Shown here piece after piece: positions 19,741-29,517 of a DNA stretch of 64,000 nucleotides; within the stretch, counting starts at the first letter, position 1; each line of letters begins with the position of its first letter. Made by a program: the position numbers and the translations under genes. Source of the stretch: an uncultured SAR86 cluster bacterium. Lineage in GTDB: Bacteria; Pseudomonadota; Gammaproteobacteria; Magnimaribacterales; TMED112. The notes under the pieces are model-generated. The model was not told the DNA's origin, did no database searches, and worked only from the letters and a program-made list of their open reading frames with translations. Location of the stretch: assembly GCA_902619265.1 (NCBI GenBank), contig CACNDL010000003.1, positions 71,096 through 135,095 of the forward strand. Reading direction: 5' to 3'.

Positions 19741-20887
19741 GATCGGTAAGCCCAAAAACTAAATCTTGCATTTTTTGTACTGGAGGACATTTGTCTGTCG
19801 TTGTATTGGGACAATTAAATTTATCTTTTACTGACATGGTGGCAGGCATATTTATACTGCCATCACTTTGTTCAGAATTACTTTCACCATCACCTGCAAA
19901 AGCCTCACCAATTGCTTTTAGCCAGGAAAACGGGAGCCAAAGCAGGTAGTCCATTGGTCCCAAACTTATCACATACCCATTTTCTCTGTTATGTAAGTAT
20001 TTTGTGAATTTAACAGCAACTAAATTTTCCTCTGGGATAATAAAGAGATACTGACCATTAAAGCCTTCTTTGACTAGTAGTCTCTTTTCATTAGTGATTT
20101 TTCGAATAGAAGTATGCATGCCATATAACTCACCTGGTCCTGCAGATATTGGTTGCATAGACTGCTCTAAAAATGATTCATTTATTAATTGTTGTCCTTT
20201 CCAAGTTCCTTTTTGAGCATAAAGTTGACCGAACTTAATAAAGTCTCGTGGTGTAAGATCAATACCATGAAAAGTGACGTCATTAAGAGCATGATCTTTC
20301 CACAAACCATATTCTGTAATCTCAAGTGGCCCTAGAATTTCTTTTTTTAGAACTTCATGTGGCGAGGCATCAAAAATCTGCTCAATCACCGGGCCAAGCA
20401 AGGCAGTATTCACATTATTATATTCAAATACTTCACCAGGCCGATTTACAAGTTCAACATTCAAGGCAAAATCTAGATTATTTCTTGAAAGAAACATTTC
20501 CTCATTCCACGACTCACTTCTGTATAAACCCGATTTCATCTCAAGCAGATTTCGAATAGTAATTTCACCTCTTTTATCGTTGTTCCATTCTGGAAGATAA
20601 TTGCTTATAGGTTCATCTAGGTTTTCAAGTAACCCTTTTTCAATAGCAACGCCAAACAGCACAGCATAGAAAGCTTTAGCAATAGATTGTGAAGTAACAA
20701 AATCCGTTTCTCCATATCCTTTTCCGTATTGCTCAAGAACTATATTGCCATTATGTGAAACAATTAATGCTTGTGTTGCTGTGTCACTCATGATCATAGC
20801 ACTCAATTCACTGAGAACGTTTTCATTGAGCTTTTCTGCAGTAAATAAATTTAAGGCTATGAATAAAGTTAATCCAAATCTAAACAT
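19721..20887 (-). CDS. Beta-lactamase-fold serine hydrolase (secreted), paralog 2 of a tandem pair
   Basis: Signal peptide. SxxK motif (SQSIAK). Collinear similarity to the upstream paralog (LDEPISNYLPEW vs LDEPVANYVDSY; IRNLLEMKSGL vs IRQILNMTSGL). Has a Cys-containing C-terminal extension. Confidence 0.75.
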   Translation of the reverse strand: MFRFGLTLFIALNLFTAEKLNENVLSELSAMIMSDTATQALIVSHNGNIVLEQYGKGYGETDFVTSQSIAKAFYAVLFGVAIEKGLLENLDEPISNYLPEWNNDKRGEITIRNLLEMKSGLYRSESWNEEMFLSRNNLDFALNVELVNRPGEVFEYNNVNTALLGPVIEQIFDASPHEVLKKEILGPLEITEYGLWKDHALNDVTFHGIDLTPRDFIKFGQLYAQKGTWKGQQLINESFLEQSMQPISAGPGELYGMHTSIRKITNEKRLLVKEGFNGQYLFIIPEENLVAVKFTKYLHNRENGYVISLGPMDYLLWLPFSWLKAIGEAFAGDGESNSEQSDGSINMPATMSVKDKFNCPNTTTDKCPPVQKMQDLVFGLTDLNSSQE

Positions 20888-22073
20888 CTTTTTCTAGATC
20901 AGCAATTGAATTTACAATCTCGACGTAATTTTGATAGAACTCTTTTGATTCACCATCAGCATTTGTATATGGTGTTTTTACACTGCCATCATCTAATTTT
21001 ATTAGCCCAATAGACATTAAAAATCTTGAAACAACCAGTGCCCTATTTATGCTGCCAAGAAAACGAAGGTAACTTAATGCTCCCCAATCTTGGACATCAC
21101 CTTCTGAAGGATAGTATTTGGTAATTCTGGCAAAAACTACATCTCTATCTTTATCTATGAAGACAAACTGGCCAAATTTTCCGCTGGTGTTGTAAATTTT
21201 GGCATCATCATCGTACTTCGAGATCCACCATTGGAGGCTATAACCTCGAGTATCACTGTGACTCCAACCCATACTCGGTGTCTTGCCCCAATAAAGTTGC
21301 AAAGATTCATCAACATAATTTTTGGATATGATTTGCTTGCCATTCCAATTTCCATCTCTGTTGAAAAGCAGCCCAAATTTGGCAAAATCCCTGGCTGACA
21401 TATCTAGGCAACAATAGGTCATGGTGTTTCCAGCACTATCTTCCCAGGCTGTGTAGTCCTCTAACCCTATTTGACTAAAAATTCTTTCTTCTAATAATAC
21501 TTTGGCAGTTTTTCCTGTTGCTCCTTTGAGTATCTCGCCTATCATCATTGAGTTTACATTGTTGTATTGAAAAACTTCACCAGGCATATTTTCTACACCT
21601 ACTTTTTCAGCGTATTTAAGATGATCAGCTTCTAGAAACATCATTTCATGTTCGTGATCAGGAAACTCCAATCCACTAGTCATATTCAATATTTGACGAA
21701 TCGTAATTTTCTGTTTCTCTGGAGTCTTATAAGAGTCAACGTAATTGGCTACAGGCTCATCCAGGCTTTTGATCTCACCTCTATCAAGTGATATTCCTAC
21801 CAACGCAGCATAAAAACTTTTTGCTGTGGACCAAGATGTCCCAAATGAGCTTTCACCAAAACCCTCTGCATATTGTTCCTGTATTATGTAACCATCTTTG
21901 ATTAAGACAGCACTCATTGTGGCGTCGTCATCAAAAGTCATTGTGAATAATTTATCTATTTTTTCCTGGTCAAGGCCGAATTGATCAGGTTTAGCTGTTT
22001 CCCATTCACCATCTGGAAAATACTTATCTGCAAACACAGATAATGAAATTAAAAATATGATAGCTAGCCTCAT
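20880..22073 (-). CDS. Beta-lactamase-fold serine hydrolase (secreted), paralog 1 of a tandem pair
   Basis: Signal peptide. SxxK motif (SWSTAK). 8-nt overlap with the downstream paralog. Confidence 0.75.
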   Translation of the reverse strand: MRLAIIFLISLSVFADKYFPDGEWETAKPDQFGLDQEKIDKLFTMTFDDDATMSAVLIKDGYIIQEQYAEGFGESSFGTSWSTAKSFYAALVGISLDRGEIKSLDEPVANYVDSYKTPEKQKITIRQILNMTSGLEFPDHEHEMMFLEADHLKYAEKVGVENMPGEVFQYNNVNSMMIGEILKGATGKTAKVLLEERIFSQIGLEDYTAWEDSAGNTMTYCCLDMSARDFAKFGLLFNRDGNWNGKQIISKNYVDESLQLYWGKTPSMGWSHSDTRGYSLQWWISKYDDDAKIYNTSGKFGQFVFIDKDRDVVFARITKYYPSEGDVQDWGALSYLRFLGSINRALVVSRFLMSIGLIKLDDGSVKTPYTNADGESKEFYQNYVEIVNSIADLEKDV

Positions 22074-22168
22074 TTAAACTCCTTTTGATAGATTTCTTGG
22101 TAAAATAATACCATATGAACAGAGTGCATTTGTGATTATTTCAATGTATATTCTGAAACAAAATTTTA

Positions 22169-22735
22169 ATGATTCTTTATAAAACCTCAGACCTAAGTTA
22201 CGAGATAGATTCTCGTACTATTTTTTCAAATTTAAATTTTGAAATTTCATCGAATGCAATCTATGAAATAAGAGGTGGCAATGGTTCTGGTAAATCATCT
22301 TTGTTAAAAATTTTAAGTGGTTTGAATAAAATGGATGACGTTTATTATGATGAAAATTTAGAATCAAATATTGCATACTTAGGACACAAGAACGGGTTTG
22401 TAGAAGAAATATCCTTAAGGGATAATTTTAATATCATTGGAGCATCTATAAACGATAGCCTATTCAAAAAATTTGGTTTATCAAAACTCAAAAATCATAA
22501 ATTTTTCAATTTATCATTTGGAGAGAAGAGGAAATCGGCACTAGTGAGAGTAATATCCTCGCAGAAAAACATTTGGATATTAGATGAACCATTTGCAGGC
22601 TTAGACAAAGAATCAATAAAAAATTTAAAAAAAGTATTTAATGAACATATCAAAAAAGGTGTTTGCATCATCATGGCAAACCACCAAGAAGAATTAGATG
22701 AAAGCATAAAAATTCATTTGGAGAAAAATGTATAA
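22169..22735 (+). CDS. ccmA: Cytochrome c maturation heme exporter, ATP-binding subunit
   Basis: Walker A GGNGSGKSSLLKILSG, signature LSFGEKRK, Walker B IWILDEP. First gene of the ccm cluster. Confidence 0.85.
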   Translation: MILYKTSDLSYEIDSRTIFSNLNFEISSNAIYEIRGGNGSGKSSLLKILSGLNKMDDVYYDENLESNIAYLGHKNGFVEEISLRDNFNIIGASINDSLFKKFGLSKLKNHKFFNLSFGEKRKSALVRVISSQKNIWILDEPFAGLDKESIKNLKKVFNEHIKKGVCIIMANHQEELDESIKIHLEKNV

Positions 22736-23342
22736 AGATTTAAAAAGAGAGTTTGGGTTATTTTTATTGATTCCTAAAAATATTTATTTGCCATTATCTA
22801 TTTATGGGATTATTTTTTTAATCTTTATAATTCTAAATTTGGATGAGCAGCTTTCATATGTAAGTTCTTTTATAGCTGCTTTTATAACGGTTTTCATCAT
22901 ATCAGAGGGCTCATTTAAGGATGACTATAATTCTGGTTATCTGGAGCAAAAAATATGCGAAGGCGAAAGTCTCTCATCTTATTTGTTCGCTAAATTTTCT
23001 GTGAATCTCATCCTCATCTTCACACCAATAACATTGTTAGCTTATTTGATAAATGGTTTTGGGGAAGAAAATATCTTTGAATTAATAATCTCTTATCTTT
23101 TGATGTTAAGTACGCTACATTTTTTCTTTAATTTGGGCAGTGCTATTTCAATGAAGCGTAATAATTCCTTAAATGCATTATTGATAATTCCGCTTTTAAT
23201 ACCATTTATTATCCTAGTTGAAGAGATCTTCGTAAAAATAGTTCTGGAACCTAATCTGAATTTTTTAATGGCATATTTTATTTTTTCTGCAACTTTCATC
23301 AATTTTGCAGTGATACAAATTTTAAAAGTGCAAAGTAAATAG
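22728..23342 (+). CDS. ccmB: Heme exporter membrane subunit
   Basis: 204-aa polytopic membrane protein sitting between ccmA and ccmC. 8-nt overlap with ccmA. Confidence 0.8.
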   Translation: MYKDLKREFGLFLLIPKNIYLPLSIYGIIFLIFIILNLDEQLSYVSSFIAAFITVFIISEGSFKDDYNSGYLEQKICEGESLSSYLFAKFSVNLILIFTPITLLAYLINGFGEENIFELIISYLLMLSTLHFFFNLGSAISMKRNNSLNALLIIPLLIPFIILVEEIFVKIVLEPNLNFLMAYFIFSATFINFAVIQILKVQSK

Positions 23343-24074
23343 ATGTATAAATACGTAGCAAAATACTTTATTCCATCCAAGGTGTTTAAATTTTGTAACC
23401 TTACTGCTTTACCAGCTTTCATCATAGGCATAATAGCTTTCTTATTATCGAGTAATTTTGTGATTTACAGTTTGCCTGCTGACATAGAACAACAAGAAAT
23501 TTATAGAATATTATTTATACACGTTCCTTCAGCTATTTTATCCGAACTCATTTATTTATTTTTAGCAGTGAATGGTTTCATTTATCTTGTTTGGAGAACC
23601 AAAATTTCTGCTATATTTCTTAATTCTGCTATAAGTCTTGGTTTAATTTTTACAGCTATTGTCCTGATTTCAGGCTCAATATGGGGTAAACCGACCTGGG
23701 GCACATATTGGGTTTGGGACGCAAGAATAACTTCAACATTTATACTTTTAATTCAATACATTGGGCTTATAGCTCTAAGATCTTCTTTTAGTTCGCAACA
23801 AACTACCGACCAAATTTTAAGTATCGTTTCAATTATTGGTGCTGTGAACATTCCTATAATTAAGTTTTCAGTAGACTGGTGGAATACGTTACACCAAAAT
23901 GCCAGCATAACTACTTCTGGTAGTGCTATCGATTCAGAGATGCTTATTGGTTTGCCATTAATGCTTGTCTCTTTGTTATTACTATCATTTAGTATTTTTG
24001 CGAGAAATATTCAATTTGAAATACTAACTAGAACGGGTAAAACATCTGCAATGAGGGAAATAATAAATGGATAA
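23343..24074 (+). CDS. ccmC: Heme exporter / heme lyase subunit CcmC
   Basis: Trp-rich motif WGKPTWGTYWVWDARIT. Six predicted TM segments. Confidence 0.9.
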   Translation: MYKYVAKYFIPSKVFKFCNLTALPAFIIGIIAFLLSSNFVIYSLPADIEQQEIYRILFIHVPSAILSELIYLFLAVNGFIYLVWRTKISAIFLNSAISLGLIFTAIVLISGSIWGKPTWGTYWVWDARITSTFILLIQYIGLIALRSSFSSQQTTDQILSIVSIIGAVNIPIIKFSVDWWNTLHQNASITTSGSAIDSEMLIGLPLMLVSLLLLSFSIFARNIQFEILTRTGKTSAMREIING

Positions 24075-24187
24075 TATTGAAACAGTTTTATTTACCTTCT
24101 TAATATCTATTTCACTGATTTTAATTTTGTCTCTTAGTTCATATATACGTTTTATGACTAAACTTAAGAATTGTCAGGAAGATTTAG
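24068..24187 (+). CDS. ccmD: Heme exporter protein D (39 aa; below the ORF-track size cutoff)
   Basis: Hand translation gives MDNIETVLFTFLISISLILILSLSSYIRFMTKLKNCQEI, one TM helix followed by a basic tail. Its ATG overlaps the ccmC stop (ATGGATAA) and its TAG abuts the ccmE ATG. This is the canonical ccmD position. Confidence 0.6.
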
Positions 24188-24604
24188 ATGATTAGAAAAA
24201 ATAGGTTAAATAAAATATACCTGATTATTTTCTTTTTATTGTCTGTAGGTTTAATAACATTTTTTATTTTGCGGGCACTTGAGAAAAATATTGATCTATA
24301 CCTTACACCAAGTGATGTAAAGGCAGCCGATTTTAATCAACCTGATGATTTTAAATTAGGTGGAATGGTCAAAGTGGGAAGTTTGGAAAAACTTGAAGGC
24401 TTAGAAATAAGTTTCATCGTGACCGATTTCGAATCAGAAATGACAGTAATTTACGAAGGTGTATTACCAAATCTTTTTAAGGAAAATAGTGGAGTAGTTG
24501 CCACTGGTTCACTGAATTCTGAGCAAAATCAGTTTATTGCTACAGAAATTTTAGCAAAGCACGACGAAAACTATATGCCCGTCAAAATCGAGGTGCAAAA
24601 TTAA
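24188..24604 (+). CDS. ccmE: Cytochrome c-type biogenesis heme chaperone
   Basis: N-terminal TM anchor. Heme-binding His context LAKHDENYMP. Confidence 0.9.
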   Translation: MIRKNRLNKIYLIIFFLLSVGLITFFILRALEKNIDLYLTPSDVKAADFNQPDDFKLGGMVKVGSLEKLEGLEISFIVTDFESEMTVIYEGVLPNLFKENSGVVATGSLNSEQNQFIATEILAKHDENYMPVKIEVQN

Positions 24605-26444
24605 TATTCAGCCCGATTTTTTTGGAAATATTCTTCTATCTTTTTCTGCATTTTTATGTGGACTTATTTTTGTGGCCTCCTTAAGCAAAAAACATGCAAG
24701 CTTCGGGAACAAATTAGTTCTTGCAAATTTTGCTACTTTATTAATTTGTTGTGGTTATTTAATGTTGCAGTTTTTAGAAGACAATTTTTCATTCACCTAC
24801 GTTTTTGAAAATTCCAGCACACTGCTTCCAACTTTCTACAAAATCTCAGCTTTTTGGTCTGCGCATGAGGGCTCATTTCTATTGATGATTTTGTTTTTAT
24901 CTGGAAGCATGTTTGTTAACAACTCTTTTTTCTCAGGACAGGATTGGATGCCCATATCAAATGCAACTCTTGCTTTTATTTTGTTCTTTTACTTAGTTTT
25001 CCAGATTTTTACCTCAAATCCATTTTTAACTTTTGACGTTTTACCGAGTAATGGCACAGATCTTAACCCACTATTACAAGACCCTTTATTGGTAATACAT
25101 CCCCCGGTTCTCTTTGCTGGGTATGTTTTCTATGCCGTGACCTTTAGTTTAGTTATAGCTGGCATGTTTATTGGCTTTGATAAGAAATTATTTCAAAGTC
25201 TCAAACTTTGGGCAGGAGTATCATGGTTTACGTTAACTTTTGCAATTCTGCTTGGCTCAATTTGGGCATATTATGAATTGGGTTGGGGAGGGTACTGGTT
25301 TTGGGATCCTGTGGAAAATGTAGTTTTACTGCCTTGGCTTGCAGGGACAGCTTTTACTCACTCACTAATTTTTAGTAAAAATAAAATCTTACTTTCATGG
25401 ATGGTATTCTTGGGCATAAGTACATTTCTTCTCACAATTCTTGCGTCTTTTGTGGTGAGATCAGGGATATTAAATAGCGTCCATTCATTTGCTTCAGACC
25501 CTTCCAGAGGTGTGTTTCTTCTTAGTTTATTTGGAGTTTTTGCATTTGCTTCACTCGTATTATTTTTCTCAAAAAGTGTATTTTTACAAAGTGAATGGCC
25601 AAAATTATTATCTAAACAATATCTTTTAGTCTTAAATAATGTTGTGTTGCTAGCAATCCTTTTGATTGTTTTCTTGGGTACGTTATATCCAATTGTTACA
25701 GAAGTTTTTTATGGTCAGAAATTAAGCATTGGACCTAATTACTTTTCTAGTTTAATTACTCCTTTAGTTTTAATCTTGATTACATTATTTTCAGTCGAGC
25801 AATTTCCAACTTTACTAAAAAACAATAAAAGAAATTTATTTCTTGGAGTTTTTTTAATTGCTTTAGTCGTAATAATCATTGATTTTTTGAAAATAAGCGC
25901 ATTAAGCGTAGGCTTGTACTTTGTTGCCTTGATTTTATCCATTCTGCTACTCAAAGCATCAGTTGAGTTGATAACTAAAAGACAAATTTCTATTGCCCAC
26001 AAAGTCTTGGGACATTTATCTGTAGTTCTTCTCACGTTTGCTGTAATAGCAAATCATGAATTTTCAGAGAGCTTAGATGTTAGGCTAAAACCAGGTGAGG
26101 AAGTTGAATTTTCTAATACTGTCGTGAGGTTAGATTCTGTTGACGTTGAAGGGGAAATGAACTTTGATACTGTTGTTGCTAACTTTTCTATCCAATCTGG
26201 GGAAACACAAAGCAACTTAAAATCTGAGAAAAGAGTCTACAAAATTGGTGGTGTTATAACTTCAGAAACTGGTATTGTTTCAACCATCCAAAAAGATTAT
26301 CACATCGTGTTGGGCGATAGGTTTCAAGATGGCTCATGGTCAATCAGATATTCAATAAATTATGGAATAATGTTAATTTGGATTTCTTCAATCTTATTAC
26401 TCTTATCTATGCTTTATGGGACAATAAGAAGGCATGGCTACTAG
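24600..26444 (+). CDS. ccmF: Cytochrome c heme lyase subunit CcmF (start proposed at ATT 24600; first canonical start is GTG 24672)
   Basis: WWD motif WGGYWFWDPVEN. The in-frame sequence upstream of GTG 24672 encodes NIQPDFFGNILLSFSAFLCGLIF, which looks like the conserved first TM helix of CcmF. GAGGTG sits about 5 nt before ATT 24600. Confidence 0.85.
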   Translation: MNIQPDFFGNILLSFSAFLCGLIFVASLSKKHASFGNKLVLANFATLLICCGYLMLQFLEDNFSFTYVFENSSTLLPTFYKISAFWSAHEGSFLLMILFLSGSMFVNNSFFSGQDWMPISNATLAFILFFYLVFQIFTSNPFLTFDVLPSNGTDLNPLLQDPLLVIHPPVLFAGYVFYAVTFSLVIAGMFIGFDKKLFQSLKLWAGVSWFTLTFAILLGSIWAYYELGWGGYWFWDPVENVVLLPWLAGTAFTHSLIFSKNKILLSWMVFLGISTFLLTILASFVVRSGILNSVHSFASDPSRGVFLLSLFGVFAFASLVLFFSKSVFLQSEWPKLLSKQYLLVLNNVVLLAILLIVFLGTLYPIVTEVFYGQKLSIGPNYFSSLITPLVLILITLFSVEQFPTLLKNNKRNLFLGVFLIALVVIIIDFLKISALSVGLYFVALILSILLLKASVELITKRQISIAHKVLGHLSVVLLTFAVIANHEFSESLDVRLKPGEEVEFSNTVVRLDSVDVEGEMNFDTVVANFSIQSGETQSNLKSEKRVYKIGGVITSETGIVSTIQKDYHIVLGDRFQDGSWSIRYSINYGIMLIWISSILLLLSMLYGTIRRHGY

Positions 26445-26949
26445 GTATTTTTTAGTTTTAATTTTAGCTCTTTTGGTAATGATGTTATCAATCTTTAGCC
26501 TGTCTCTTGTTCAGACTGATGAATTGCAAACAATTAAAACCCAAGAGGGTAAAAAATTAATTATTTCTGAAAAAATTTATGATTTAGATGGAAATCCAAT
26601 ACCGTTTAAGTCGCTAACAGAAGGAAAGGTTCTTTTAAATGTTTGGGCGAGCTGGTGCATCACCTGTTTAGTTGAACACCCTTTTTTGAAATCGATAACT
26701 GAGTCTAAAGATGTCAAATTGATAGGTATCAATTATAAAGATCAAAGTTTTAATGCGTTGAATTATCTAGATAAAAATGGCAATCCTTATGAATTTTCAA
26801 TTTTTGATTTATCTGGGGATATTTCCTTAAAACTTGGAGTAACCGGAGCTCCAGAAACTTTTTTGGTTATTGATGGTGAGATTGTCAGTCACAGAATAGG
26901 AGAAGTTAATTTAGAGGTTTGGAATGAAAAATTTGCTCCATATTTTTAA
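26434..26949 (+). CDS. ccmG: Thiol:disulfide interchange protein CcmG/DsbE
   Basis: N-terminal TM anchor. Thioredoxin motif WASWCITC. GAPETFL further on. Confidence 0.85.
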   Translation: MATRYFLVLILALLVMMLSIFSLSLVQTDELQTIKTQEGKKLIISEKIYDLDGNPIPFKSLTEGKVLLNVWASWCITCLVEHPFLKSITESKDVKLIGINYKDQSFNALNYLDKNGNPYEFSIFDLSGDISLKLGVTGAPETFLVIDGEIVSHRIGEVNLEVWNEKFAPYF

Positions 26950-27310
26950 AATTTTCTTTATTTTTGCATTGCCTATTGCTGCAGAAAATTTGTATGAAAA
27001 TTTAAATGCTGATCAATTGAAGCGACTTGACTATCTATCTGAAAATATTAGGTGCCCTAAATGTTCATATGGAAATATTAATAGTTCCAACGCCCCAATA
27101 TCTAAAGATTTAAAACAAGAAATAGCCAATTTAATTGCAGAGGGTTTCACAGATGACGAGATTTTTAATCTCATGGAAGAACGTTATGGAAATTATGTCA
27201 TTCTGAAGACAGATATTAATGAAAATAAAAGCTTATTTCTTATTCCTTTAATGGTTTTACTTATATCCATCTTGTTAGTTACCACATATACTATTAAAAG
27301 ATCTAGATGA
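26924..27310 (+). CDS. ccmH: Cytochrome c-type biogenesis protein CcmH
   Basis: Signal peptide, IRCPKC (LRCxxC-type) motif, C-terminal TM helix. 128 aa with no TPR (CcmI-like) extension. Confidence 0.8.
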   Translation: MKNLLHIFKIFFIFALPIAAENLYENLNADQLKRLDYLSENIRCPKCSYGNINSSNAPISKDLKQEIANLIAEGFTDDEIFNLMEERYGNYVILKTDINENKSLFLIPLMVLLISILLVTTYTIKRSR

Positions 27311-29517
27311 GACTAAAAAGCTTAAAATTAGCAGGGTTTAAAAGTTTTGTAGACCCAATTGAAATTGATTTTCCAGGAATCATGTGTGGCATCGTTGGCC
27401 CTAATGGATGCGGTAAATCAAATATTATCGATGCCATAAAATGGGTAAAGGGAGAATTGTCTGCAAAAAGCCTTAGAAGTGAAAGCTTGCAAGATGTAAT
27501 ATTTAACGGCTCTGATTCAAGAAAACCTGTAAGCCACTGTTCTGTAGAGCTATCTTTTGATAACTCCGAGAATTTTCTTGGTGGTGAATACCTCAAATTT
27601 GATGAGGTAAGTGTTAAAAGGGAAATGGGGCGTGATGGTCAATCAACCTATTTTATTAATAACGCTGTTGCCAGAAGAAGGGACGTTCAGGATCTATTTC
27701 TAGGAACAGGTTTAGGTGGAAATAGTTATGCAATTATTGAACAAGGAATTATTTCTAGTTTGGTTGGAGCAAAACCAGAAGAATTAAGAAGTTATGTTGA
27801 AGAGGCTGCTGGTATTTCAAAATATAAAGAAAGAAAAAGAGAAACTGAATCACGAATACGAAGAACATCAGAAAACATTTCAAGACTAAAGGATTTAGAG
27901 GATGAAGTTAAGAGATCAATTAGAAGGTTAAAAGCAGAGGCTAACTTAACTTCAAGATACAAAAAACTCAGAACTAAAGAACAAGAATTTCAAAAATTTA
28001 TAGTTAATGATGACCTTAAAGCTCTTTTAAATTCTATGAATGAATCGCAAAAAGAAAATGATTCTATTGATAAAGATTTAGAAAAAATTGATGGAGATAG
28101 ATTAAATTTTGTTGCTAAAAGGGATGTAGCAAAAACAAAATTAATGGAGGGTTTAAAAGAACTTGAGGAAGAGCAAAGGAATTTCTTTGAAGCAGGAGCA
28201 AAGATTTCTTTAATTGAAGAAAAGGAAAGAACAGTTAATGCCAGAATTAACGAACTAATTACCGAAGAGAAGAAAAATGTAGAAAACCTTGAAGACCTTT
28301 CGAAAGAAATGCAAGGAGATGACAAAGATGCAAAAGAACTGGATTCTAAAACAATAGAAAGTATCAAAGCAGAGGCTCAGAAATTACTTACGAAAATTGA
28401 AGCCGATTTAACTTCTAGTGATGAGAAAACATTGATGGATGGTTTACAAAGCTTTTGGAAAAAGGGTTTCAAAATGGGCCAAGGCCAAAGTGGTGATGCG
28501 TCAGAAAAGATTGATTCCTTGAAATTACAATTTGTTGAAAGAAATAAACATATTATTGGTGAGATAGAAAATCTCAAAAAAGATTTAAATAAAGAAAAAT
28601 CTGAATTAACTACTTTCATTGAGTTGAGAAAAAATCAAGAACTAAAAGTCATGGAGTTAAAAGCAAACCAAGATAAAGCGAATGAAGAATTAAGAGAATT
28701 TGAATCTGAAATAACAAAACTAGAAACAGAAAAAGACCGAATAGTTCATCAAAGGAATGAGAAGGAGCTTAACAAAAGAAGTATTGAGATAGAGGTAAAA
28801 GAAAAGCAGGAAAAACTTGAAAGTTACTCAGAAATTAAGGATATAGAGGGTGAGAGAGACGAAATTATTATTGACTTAGAAAAGCTTCAGAAAAGGATTA
28901 TGAATTTAGGGCCTATTAACTTTGCTGCTCCAGAAACTCTTGAAGCTGAAGTTCAAAGAAAAGAAGTATTGAGTGGTCAAATTGAAGAATTAGAAATTTC
29001 ATTAAATAAACTAGATGAAGCAATTAAGAAAATAGATCGCGAGTCAAATAAATCATTCCATGATTGCTTGTCTTCTGTAAATAAACATCTTGAAGATATG
29101 TTCCCGAAACTCTTTGGCGGTGGTTTTTGCAAGTTGGATCTCTTAGACAAAACTGAAGATTCGGGTTTATTGCTCATGGCCCGATTACCTGGAAAAAAGA
29201 ATACAAAACTTTCACAGCTTTCAGGTGGAGAGAAAGCTCTTACTGCTTTGGCCCTCGTATTTTCATTATTCTCAATAAATCCAGCGCCGTTTTGCTTACT
29301 TGATGAGGTAGATGCACCACTAGACGATGAAAATACCGCAAGATTTATTAACTTAGTTAATGAGATGTCTGAAAAAGTACAATTTATCTTTGTAACTCAT
29401 AACAAAATTTCAATGGAAAAAAGCACTCATTTATTAGGCGTAACAATGAGAGATCTGGGGGTATCGAAAGTTGTGTCAGTGGATGTAGAGCAAGCAATGG
29501 AGCTAGCACAATCTTGA
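27307..29517 (+). CDS. smc: SMC-family chromosome segregation ATPase, unusually short (736 aa)
   Basis: Walker A GPNGCGKSNIIDAI. EEAAGISKYKERKRETE. Signature LSGGEKALTALALVF. Walker B FCLLDEVDAPLDD. Sits immediately upstream of zipA-ligA, as in Gammaproteobacteria. Confidence 0.8.
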   Translation: MRLKSLKLAGFKSFVDPIEIDFPGIMCGIVGPNGCGKSNIIDAIKWVKGELSAKSLRSESLQDVIFNGSDSRKPVSHCSVELSFDNSENFLGGEYLKFDEVSVKREMGRDGQSTYFINNAVARRRDVQDLFLGTGLGGNSYAIIEQGIISSLVGAKPEELRSYVEEAAGISKYKERKRETESRIRRTSENISRLKDLEDEVKRSIRRLKAEANLTSRYKKLRTKEQEFQKFIVNDDLKALLNSMNESQKENDSIDKDLEKIDGDRLNFVAKRDVAKTKLMEGLKELEEEQRNFFEAGAKISLIEEKERTVNARINELITEEKKNVENLEDLSKEMQGDDKDAKELDSKTIESIKAEAQKLLTKIEADLTSSDEKTLMDGLQSFWKKGFKMGQGQSGDASEKIDSLKLQFVERNKHIIGEIENLKKDLNKEKSELTTFIELRKNQELKVMELKANQDKANEELREFESEITKLETEKDRIVHQRNEKELNKRSIEIEVKEKQEKLESYSEIKDIEGERDEIIIDLEKLQKRIMNLGPINFAAPETLEAEVQRKEVLSGQIEELEISLNKLDEAIKKIDRESNKSFHDCLSSVNKHLEDMFPKLFGGGFCKLDLLDKTEDSGLLLMARLPGKKNTKLSQLSGGEKALTALALVFSLFSINPAPFCLLDEVDAPLDDENTARFINLVNEMSEKVQFIFVTHNKISMEKSTHLLGVTMRDLGVSKVVSVDVEQAMELAQS

